From positions 9,169,150 through 9,233,149 of the forward strand of contig OZ037772.1 of the NCBI GenBank assembly GCA_964035545.1: a DNA stretch of 64,000 nt. Reading direction: 5' to 3'. This document shows positions 53,661 through 64,000 of this stretch, one piece after another. The position numbers were made by a program, and so were the translations under genes. How positions within the stretch are numbered: the first letter of the stretch is position 1; each line of letters starts with the position of its first letter. The notes beneath the pieces were generated by a model. The model was given only the letters and a program-made list of their open reading frames with translations. It ran no database searches and was not told the DNA's origin. This stretch comes from Bugula neritina (taxonomy: Eukaryota > Animalia > Bryozoa).

Positions 53661-54427
53661 ATATTAGAATTATTGTATATTAAAAGCATAAAAGACATGC
53701 TTACATATTTATAGAACTTGATTATACTAGAAGAGCATATTTATTTGTGCTGTATTTGTTGTAGTGTTAAGTGTACTTCAAAATTAGCTTTTTCGAGAAA
53801 TTAACAAAAATAAAAGCACCCAATAATTCTTACAAAATGAACTTTAGAATTCTGAAACAACTAGGGTGAGTCAAATTTAGAAATTTCACTTCGAGTAGCA
53901 AAATATGCTATATGCTATGCTGTACTATATAGTACATGCTATATGATATGCGCTATAATATTATATATCTGCCGTATGCTGTGTGCTATATGCGGTGTCC
54001 TGTATATGCTGCATATGTGATACTGTGTATTATATATATGCTACATGCTGTCTACTATACGCTGTAAATATTATACGTTGCACGATATTTATTAAAGCAA
54101 AAGTTACTAAAAGCATTAAATGGTACATGGCATGAACTGTTCTTTGTTATTATGTAGAGTAAGGAAAAAAGCTATTTTTAGTCAATAATTGTGTCTTTAA
54201 GAATATCAAATATAACTATTTCTGATAAATAGATATTAAAATGCTGCAGTTCTAAAGATAGAATGTGCATTGTAAAACTTAATTCGAATTTGCACTTATT
54301 TAAAACCCATACATAACAATTATATTGTCAATAAAACTTTTAATAGTGACAAATTTATGTTTAAAAGCAGAAAAGTTGACACCATATTACTTAGTAACTC
54401 TTAGAGGAAGTTTGACTGCACCTATTG

Positions 54428-55209
54428 CCCATAACACACTACAGTCGAAACGCGACTGTGGCGGCCATTTTGGAGCTGCTTGCGCATGCCTTCAACGTCA
54501 CGTCCTACTTTTTGCTGGTCACACTACAGTTCACTACGAACGATGAAAGCTAACTGTCTCTAGTCTCGCAGTAAACTTTTAAACCAATAGGAATGCCATA
54601 AACCAGTTTCTGCAGTATCCACAGTAACCAACAATTAATCTTAGCGCAATTTTTTGAGATTTACTAGCATAATTTAATAAGATTTTCTAGTTATTTTTAT
54701 TCTAATTTACTAGCTTCAACTATTCAAAATTACTAGCTTTATTTAATGATATTACTTAGCTTTATTCAAGCTCATTCACTAGCCTAAAGAACTAAATAGT
54801 TATAGTACGCTAATAAAATTCAACCAAATTAGAAAAACTAAATATGCAGATAAAATTTAGCAAAATTTATCTAATGAATACTTATTTTCATGATTTATTG
54901 AAACTTTCATACATAACTTCATCATAATTATTTTAAAAGTAAATTAATATAATTTTCGAAGAACCAAATCAAATAATAATGCTCGCTAGTAGCACGTGGA
55001 AAAAGTAAAAGCACTTAACCAATCAGGGTTTACCTGGCCAGTCAGTGATTGGCTGATCGCTCAACTTCAGCGATGACAGTTGAACATGTTGAACTTTCAT
55101 CGCATCGCGAAAAACTGACAGTTGCGTTCAGTTGTGACGTCACAGAGGTCAACGCTTAGCCTCGAAAACGCGTTCAAGATGGCCGTTTTGACTGTAGTGT
55201 GGCAGCCCC
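54428..55209. mobile_element. Putative Harbinger-like MITE or CpG-rich regulatory island
   Basis: Terminal inverted repeat CACACTACAGTC(G/A)AAACG at 54435-54452 and 55184-55201, CpG-rich ends, AT-rich middle. No clear TSD. Confidence 0.5.
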
Positions 55210-56149
55210 ATATTACTAGCTATGAAAATTTCGTACGGAAATAATTTATAAGAAAGTGACTAATATATGCAGCTATCGAATAGCTACCTACAGTTGCCAT
55301 GACTTTCCTTGTATGATTAAAATAATGTTAACTTATTACTCAAAAATTTTTCAAACTAGTTTTTCAAACTTATTTCAAAAGCGACATATTTTATGCAGAT
55401 GAAATTTCTATTAAACTAAGCTAAATAAACAAGCTGCCAAGTTTTTTTGGTAAATAACACAGTAGTATAAAAATCTATTTTGTTCATTTTTCGCTATATT
55501 CCACCCCCATTGAATGAGTCTTAAATCCACTTGTTAGTTACTAAATCATCATTTATTTGTAACTATGGAAACCATGTCATAGTTTGACTGTACAGAAAGA
55601 TTTATTTCTCCTAATCTCCTTGCCAAGTGCACCTTAAGCCTATAACAACACGTCATGAGTTAAGTATAAGTATCATAGCCTGTTAGGTGTGACAGCTACA
55701 GCAGTGAGAAAAATAGACTGCATGCGTATTTATGTTTTCATGAAACCAGAAATGTAGCCAAGTTTTTAGCTAACACTAGAATAATAGTAAAAGTTCGAAA
55801 GAGCCGTGAGAAAAAAAGATTACATGTGGTTAATAAACCAAAAATGCAGCCAGGTTTTTAACCAAAATAGAAGCTAACAGACATTTGTTTTTTGAGATTT
55901 TATACGTATAAAATGTATAGTGTTTTAAGCTACCTTATGTCCTTGCACAAAAAGCATTTATATAATTGATATTTTTGCTATTTTATGTGCATGCAATCAA
56001 TAGTTTCAAAATGATATTTATCTGAAGACTTGAAAATTAGATGGTGTTTGTTTATGTTCCAAACCAGAACAGCAATAAATTCAGGGGAATAAAATAAAGC
56101 CAATACTGCCACACCATATTTATGAACCTTTTATTAGAAAACAATGCTA

Positions 56150-56355
56150 GAGAGCAGCTGCTGATCTAGGGGTTAGAGCGTTTGGCTTCGTATAAACACA
56201 AAGTCATAGGTTCAAACTCCTGTGAAGGCCGGTGGTGATGTGAGTAAGAGCACCCAGTCATAATTGCTCCTGTGCCCTATATCTGAATAAGTCTTTAGCC
56301 CAGTTTACCAAAAACCTTTCTATCAGGGTTTATCACAGGGACGGGTTTGTGAGTG
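56150..56355 (+). mobile_element. tRNA-derived SINE copy
   Basis: GAGAGCAGCTG..TCTAGGGGTTAGAGCG...AAGAGCACCCAGTCATAATTGCTCCTGTGCC. Confidence 0.85.
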
Positions 56356-56494
56356 AGTTATAATTAGAACACAATGCTACATTGAAAGTGCTCTTTCATC
56401 TCCCAATTATTTCTCTTTATGACCAGCTGGCAGATTAGATAAGATACAGTTTCAACAAAATGTGTAAAATAGCTAGTTGTTGCAGCTCACATAG

Positions 56495-56690
56495 ACTCAC
56501 GCAAGTTAATAGTCACCTTGGAAAGGGTTTTTGTTAAATGGGGGTAAGGAAATTTATAAATGAGGCACAGGAGCAATTATGACTGGATGCTCTTTCTAAC
56601 ATCACCAATGACCTTTGTCGGAGACCGAACCTATGACCTTCATGTTTACTAGGCAAACCTCTAACCCCTGGACCAGTTATTGCAGCTCCC
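56495..56690 (-). mobile_element. tRNA-derived SINE copy, inverted relative to its neighbour
   Basis: Reverse complement of the family, ~140 bp from the 56150 copy. Confidence 0.85.
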
Positions 56691-59600
56691 ACATTTCAGG
56701 TAAATAAACATTAAATCTAGTACATGTCAAAATATAGCTTCTGATCCTTATAGACTAGTTTTCTGAAAAAGTTTTTAGTGGACTCATGCGATCCAATTAT
56801 ATATCTAATTTCTAGTAAAGTGATTATCTTTGATTTAAAATTACGGAATCTGTTTAGTACAACGGAGATTATACTTCGTACTTGCTTTCTTATATTGAAA
56901 TTTGTTTTAGATTTCAATAAATGTAGAATACTGCAAACAAAATGCCAATGGTAGGTTTTAACTTCTGTACCCCTTCTTTGTTTAGTGATGTGGTTTGGAC
57001 TACTATCTATTACTAGTGGCTATGATCAGATAATATAATATGTCATTGTTTTCTTTTTATAATTACAGCTTGAAGCTAAAGAATTGTCTTGCAGTTTTAT
57101 CTTTGATAGCTGTTATCAAATGTAGAAACATCATTCAATCAACAGCTTAATTCAGTTTATCATTTCACTATCATTAAATATTTTAACTAAGTCAGTGTCA
57201 CAGTCTAAGGTTTCCAAATAGTGACTCAGTTTACAAATCTCAGGGCATTTGCAGTTTTACAGTAAATGGAGAAAGAAAAGAAATAAAAAGATAAAACACC
57301 TTTTTTAATGAAAATTTACTGTTTTAAAAACATTCCTTTATAATAGCACTTGTAGTAGAATTTATATACCTAATAATTATTATACAGAAACATTAATTTT
57401 TTTATATTAAAATTTGTCTAATTTTAAGAAGGATAAAACATGCTTGTTGAATGTTGAGAGAAGCAATAAAAACTTTACTGTTCATTGTAACTATTTTACT
57501 GTTGACAATTGTGTCAGCACGGATGCTGAATGGCACAGATGCAGGATACAAATCAATTTTTTGCCTAATGCCAACAGTCTACCGTACAATATTTTAACAA
57601 ATATTTGGGGAATACAGTTTAAGTTGCTTGTATCTTTAACCAAAAGCAAAATTTCCTTTTTCAGTTCTTGAGCTGTGGGCTACTGACTCATCAAATAAAA
57701 GCTACCAATAAAAAGCTATATCAAAAGCTTTCACAAAAAGTTTTCATCAAGCAAAATTTTACTTAAAGTTAAAATGAAAAGCTCCTGTAACAACAAGTTC
57801 TATTACTTCAGCTGGGAATTACTTGTATAATACCTGTCAAGATTTTCAATATGTGTAAAAACTATATTCAATTGATTGAGGAGTAAACTCCTATAAGTTG
57901 CTGTAATTTTACAAATTATAAAATAATAAATCATATATATTCTGTGCCCATGATTTCCTATTGTTGTTTTTTATTCATAGTTATAGTATTACATAATTAA
58001 AACATATGAACATTTAGACTGAATATTCATGATAAAACAGTAATATTATTTATATCAAATTAAATTTGTATTTATAAATTAAGTGCTTTACAAACTTTTT
58101 ACTAATAAGTCATATTTTTTTTATAGAAAGGTAATAATCAAAGAAGTTTATTAATCACTAACTATGTAGGTCTTTTAGGAAAAGTAATGTTTATTATGCA
58201 TAATACCAACTGATTTATAATTAGCTTGCAGTGTTTGGAAATGAAATATTATTCTCTAACCAAGTATACAATATATGGTTTAAATTATAAGGTGCTTTTG
58301 TGTATCAGCCTTTGCTAATTTACTATGTTCTTGAAAAGAAACGGAGATACTGAAATTAGTTCCTAGTACCTTTGTATATAGTCAAATTAGTTACCAGCCT
58401 GAGTTGTCAAAAATGCTGCAGATCATTGTAAATTCATTAAAGTTACAATGAGAGAGCACCTTTTTCTAAATTAATTTGCTATTTCTTCAAACATGGAAGT
58501 GAATCCAATTAACATTAGCATAGTTGCTAAGTGCCCTAATAACTTTTAAGAACTGGTTTTGGTAACAGAACGGTGATAATTTGCATAGAAACAAACATTT
58601 TGTTTAAACAAAGTCATTTTTAAACAGTGCAAAAGCTAAAGTATTGAAATAAAAGTATATTGAAAAGCACCGCTTCATCTTACATTGTATTGTATTATAT
58701 TATCTTATATCATATTGTATTATATTATAATGAAAAGAACTATAATACTTTAATCAATGTTATAATATTTCGTCAAGATCTGAACAAATCTTAAAATTAA
58801 AATTAGGCAATTGCAACATAATAAGTTCAATTCACTTTTTTACATTATTGATAAGAATGCATTAGTTTTCCAGATCAGATATAAAAACTGCAACTCATAA
58901 AGAGGATAATATGCCAATTATATTATATAATTGTTGTGATATATGAAGCCTATATAACTATAAGTACCAATCTTCTAGCTGTCAGAGCCAAACTCTAGGA
59001 GTTTTTTGGTAACGTGAAAGCATCATTTTATAATAGCATCTCTTCAAATTAGAAAAACATCTATTATAGAATCAAGATAGTAATTATAGACTTTGCAATT
59101 TGGAAATTATAAATATTTTTTGAAATATTTTTAACTCAAACATGAGACGTCTCTTTTATACTAAAAAAACTCACAAAACTATAGCCATATGATGCTTTAG
59201 AGTGTTGTAACTTTAAAACTACTCTCTAAAATTCTAAACTTATATAAACTACAGCAAAACACTCTAACATCATTTAATGATATAGCATTTATGGCTCAGA
59301 AGTTTATAGATTGCTCAAGACAACAATTATAGTTGTTATAAAAAAATTATTTATATAGTGGAATTTAACCTGAGTGCATTTAACCAATCTATATTTTGTT
59401 TACAAATTTATTCTTACCCGATAAACAAGGTCCACTCTATGCAATAAGGTGGAGCTAGATCCACTTCCTTGCTGGTAGAGGATTAGTGAAACAATCACAT
59501 GTATTTGGAACTGCTGATAGTCAGTCTAGATGAGATTCAAATCTGATCTAAACCTTGGATTGTTACATCACACATGCCTGAAATACATTTCTACTTTCAA

Positions 59601-60269
59601 CTAAATATTTATGCTGTAAGAATGACTGAAATTTCATTTCTTCTGCAGTTTAAATAACATAAAAATAATACTATTTAAAATAATTTACTCAAAATTGAAA
59701 TAAAAATAAGTAATTTTCTATGATTGATATTAACTTTGCTCTAATGAAAAAGTAAGTTATCTAACCTGCCGGTAATTATCTTTTATTCTATTTTATTTTG
59801 AGTTTATAATTGGAAAATTATAATTTTAGGTCTTAGAATATTTGAACAGATTAAAGTGTATATAATTATCAAAAGTTTTTTACTTTTCAAACTGTTTGAA
59901 TTTAGTTAGTTGATTCAAATGTTTTTTTGTTGTGAATATGTCATGTTTGCCTGAAACACATTTTTTATTTAGTGGGTGCTTTTAATTGTGATTTAGATTT
60001 TTCTGTAAAATTAATATGTGATATAATTGAAGCTACCACTATAATTGGAATTGGAGCACAAGTCTTACTGTCCATTAAATTGCAATTCATAAAAACATAA
60101 CTCGAAACAATATTTTCATCAAAAACTTATTTCAACCTGCTAAATTATTATATATAACATATTTTATTATAGTATATAATATTTTATGCTTTTTATGTTA
60201 TATAGCAAAGTTTATTGATGATGTTTTAGAGACTTGCTGGACATGTGAACAACCCTCGTACAAATGTAG

Positions 60270-62114
60270 ATGATGTCAAACATCAAGCATTCTAAGTCCT
60301 CAAAGTCACACAGCAAATCCTCGAAAAACAGGGCGTCGTCGTCTTCTGCAGGAAAGATAACTCCTGAGGTGTCTCCAGCTAGCAGTGCCAGGAATTCCAC
60401 TAGCAGTGCTGCAGATAATAAAACTAAACACATTTCTACCAAGAAGAATAGCAGTAAGATTTTGCTACATACTCAACATTTCTAGCAATTTTTATTTTGG
60501 TGGTTTATCAGTTGAACAATAAGAATAAAAAGAAATTAAAAAAAAATTTAAGGTCAAGTTGAAAATTGTAGTATTTACGACTCTACAAAATATTATTTAG
60601 CAGTTCTCTGCTGTGAATCATCTCAGAAAACATAGTCATAATAAAAATATGTTATTATATTGCTTGGAACAATACTTTGCCATGTGACATGGCTTTTATT
60701 GAGTAAATATTTTTACATACTTCTATTATTTTCTGTCAAACCTCGTGCTATACTTGGCAATTCATCCATGCATTTAGAGAGTATGGGACTTGTGAATTTT
60801 AACTAATAAAGTACTTTGTACATTTTACTCTGTAAATCAACAAAATATAATAAAAGAGTGTTATTATATAAGATATACAAAACTAAACTATATATTTCTG
60901 CAACTGATACATGCAGGTTTAATTGCCTTTTAAATACTGGCCTATTTGTATGCTACATTTTAGAGATTAAAAATTTACTTAAAAGGATTTTTAAAATTCT
61001 CAAATTCAACTGTCAGCACTGAGTTAGCTGACTGTGACATTATTCATAGATCTCTCCACACAGTCTATGAGATACGATGAGAATGATGGAGTGATCAAGG
61101 TTAGAGAGATCGAGGGAACGGCTCTAGACTCAGATGAGTATTATGAATACTTGTATGAAGACCTCATTGATGGTGAAGGAATGGATGCAAGCAGGCTCGT
61201 TTCTAGAGGTATTTAAAGTTAAAGAGTTTTTATGCTTCCATAAAGGGTGGATAGAGCATTATAAAATCTATAATTGCATAATGTAGAAAATGTCCCACCT
61301 TATATTTTATTTCTCATGAGAACTAAATTTCGTATTCAAATTGAAATTGAATAAAAATGTTTCATAATAAATAAAGGGTTATAATAACTATGTTTTATTG
61401 TGCGCGGAACATGCTATCTAATTGAGTAGTAGAGAGTGAAATCATGTATATATAAATAAAACATTAGCTGTTTAGCTGAAAGCAGTTCAGAGTTTTTCTC
61501 TGAAAGCTTGCATAGTAACAATGCTATGAGCATCCACCGACATAATTATACAGGTAGTTTAGCTATCAGAAATTTAGGCAATATGCACTGCAAGACTTAA
61601 TCACCAGCAATTATAGTTAGTTCAAGTCTGTACTATAATTAGTATAAAAATGTTTGTTTGAAGTTATTTTACTGATTTGCTGTTTATTTTAGAGACAGTG
61701 AGGATAAATTTTGATGATGAGAAGAATGATTCCATTTGTGGACAATGTCAAATGAAATTTTCCGATTGCCCACATATCAACCAATCAGGTACTGCCAAAC
61801 TTAATATTAAACTCCTATACTTAGAACATATAATGCAGCAAATTTTGAGAAGTTTCCCCGCCAAAAACTTGTATTTAATTAAATGCATTACTTGTAGCTA
61901 TTTTTATTTTTGCATGCATGGCTATCATAAAATTATTTTGTGTCTTTTTTAAGATAAATATGATTGAGGTTAAAAAGAATTTCAAATAATATATAAGAAT
62001 TAATACTTTATAAGTGACTTATTTTTTTTTATTATTTTAACAGATAATTCTTCAGAAAAAAAATCAGCAAAAGCAAAACCAGGCAGCAAGAAGAAAAAGA
62101 AATCCGAAGCATAA
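60270..62114 (+). CDS. Uncharacterised ~169-aa protein (Ser/Lys-rich N-terminus, acidic core, CxxC-x5-CxH motif, Lys-rich C-terminus)
   Basis: Four exons joined by phase-1 introns: 60270-60453, 61050-61208, 61693-61788, 62044-62114. All sites are GT-AG and in frame; AATAAA lies ~65 nt after the stop. Confidence 0.75.
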
Positions 62115-62241
62115 GACAAAAACTAAACTCTTTCACCTCACTCCATCAATTTTAACATAAGTATATATTGAAAGTACAAATAAAGATTGAAATAAAAATG
62201 TAAAATAAGCATACTAAATCTTTTACTATTTAATACACTTT

Positions 62242-63847
62242 TTAGACAACGTAGTATTTGTTTCTTTGTCCATAGTTTCTTTTTTTATCTTCATTTCTGG
62301 CAAGTAGAGGTTCGGAGTTAGTATTGTCCAGCTTGTTAGAATTGTCTCCACTTGTTGCAGCCAGTATACACAGAGAGCACATGATAGCTGTCACAACTAG
62401 AAACATTGTCACTGAACATATTATAGTATACAATAATATGTTATATACGGTATTTATATAGCATAGTGTAGTATTTAGTATAGTACAGTATAGTATATGT
62501 GGTATATTATAGTATAGTATATAATATTATAGTATTACATAGCACAGTATAATATAATATAACATAGTAGAGTATAGTATGTACTATATAGCATAGTATA
62601 GTAATGCATAGTATATAGAACAGTATAGTATAGTATACTATAGCATAGTATATTATAGCATAGTATAACGTAGTGAACTGTAATTTAGTGTATGTATAGT
62701 ATAGTATCGCATAGTATGATATAGTATATAATATACAATATAGTATTTATGAATATAAACAAAGATTATATAGATGACGTCAACTCACAAAAGAGAAAAG
62801 TTACAGCAGCTCTATTTCCCACATGATGTCTAGCATGCATATCTCCATGGTTACCGTTGTTATAAGTTACCACAACTTTATGATTCTCAAGTACAACAGG
62901 TTGACCCTTCAATGACTGCTCAGTTTCTACAACTCGATGTGTTTGTCGAGACTTTGGGATAGACTCAAGATGTGACGGGTGCGACTCCTGGACAGGAAGT
63001 TGCAGTTTGCTATTTCCTGCTTTCGTGAGCAAGGATATAACATCATGAGGCTGAACCTCGTTGCTATTTACAGCCAACCTGTCACTCTCTGATTGGTTAG
63101 AGACAAGATTTGACTTCAAATTCGATTTTAGCTTTTCTGCCACATTACTAGTTTCCACTAGAGGTGCTCCGTAAGCTGCAAGAGTAAACTTGTACAGACA
63201 ATGCAGTTATGATGATTCGTAGAATAATTTGTTAATACCATGTTATAGTTCTGACAGTGTTGACATGACATCATTTTCAGCATGAACTTATAACGCACAG
63301 CTGGCATTGAAGAGAGCACATGACTGACAAGTAGAATGACCTTCTAGGCAGTATATGACCTTGAAGACAACATATGACCTTGAAAGCAGCAGATGACCTT
63401 GCAGGCAGTGTGACCAGAGGCCCATCAAGACCAGTCATACAATGGTTCTATCTATTTTACTCTTGAATTTGAACTTCTCATAATTATTTTAGGTTGATAG
63501 TATTTGTATAACTTTAGGCAGGAAAACTTTTTTTAAAATGACAGTTTTCCTTAGCCAATAATATCAGACAAGAATACTGTTGATTAGAAAACTTCTATTT
63601 TACTGAATAATCTCCAAGAAAAGGGTCTCTAAAAAGTGTTTCTATTTAACAAGTTCAAAAACATTTAGAAACTTATAAGAAACTTCAAAAGGCTATAAAC
63701 TGTGACTTAAAAGAATTCACATACTCACTACTGTAATATTATTATTTAATATTATTTAGTAAGTGTAAATTTCTCACCACACTCAAAACAAATGGTCACC
63801 ATAGCAACAGCAAAAATAAATAAACACTGCCGTCCTTTTCCTGCCAT
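62242..63847 (-). CDS. Uncharacterised single-pass type I membrane protein (~208 aa)
   Basis: Exons 63847-63778 (signal peptide MAGKGRQCLFIFAVAMVTICFEC), 63175-62789 and 62411-62242. TM segment AAVTFLFLTMFLVVTAIMCSLCILAAT spans the last junction; the tail ends NKYYVV*. Confidence 0.78.
62440..62745. repeat. Degenerate (TAGTA/TAGCA)n pentamer satellite
   Basis: Fills intron 2 of the membrane-protein gene; a related degenerate pentamer tract occupies ~1-470. Confidence 0.8.
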
Positions 63848-64000
63848 TGCTGTTTTAGTTACCTCAACAAGTTTTATATAAAATTTTGTTTAAGTCAGCA
63901 AACACTGTGAAGTATTACCAACAATAGAAAATATTTATTGACAAAGAAACTTTATGCTTTACATAAGGCAAGGCTTAGAATTAAAGCTAAAACAGATACA

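Overview
AT-rich, intron-rich invertebrate nuclear DNA (lophotrochozoan-like gene content; not prokaryotic, no CRISPR). Manual splicing of GT-AG exons shows that the window is dominated by a cluster of five FAM78-family genes plus one relic exon. One copy is canonical (minus strand, 49261-37121, N-terminus MGASGS). Four copies are strongly diverged (4601-<479 minus, 11996-5178 minus, 13202-20085 plus, 25590-29642 plus). All five share intron phases and an invariant 146-nt exon. The four diverged copies have replaced the myristoylation-type N-terminus with basic, acid-poor leaders ending in MPP/MIP-like motifs (RCLTTS, RDFSTG, RFFSST, RCTISTS). They also carry a 26-33 aa insertion, which suggests an undescribed mitochondrially retargeted FAM78 subfamily. 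Other genes: a secreted PAN/apple + F-type-lectin protein; two convergent intronless class-A GPCRs, one frameshifted in a TA run, each about 1 kb downstream of a FAM78 gene; a small Ser/Lys-rich protein with a CxxC-x5-CxH motif; and a type I membrane protein ending YYVV. Repeats: a Neptune-type Penelope-like retroelement fragment with an inverted 3' copy carrying a minimal hammerhead ribozyme, about 11 copies of a tRNA-derived SINE, several MITE/foldback elements, and many micro- and minisatellites. Gene models were built by eye and are not confirmed by RNA.
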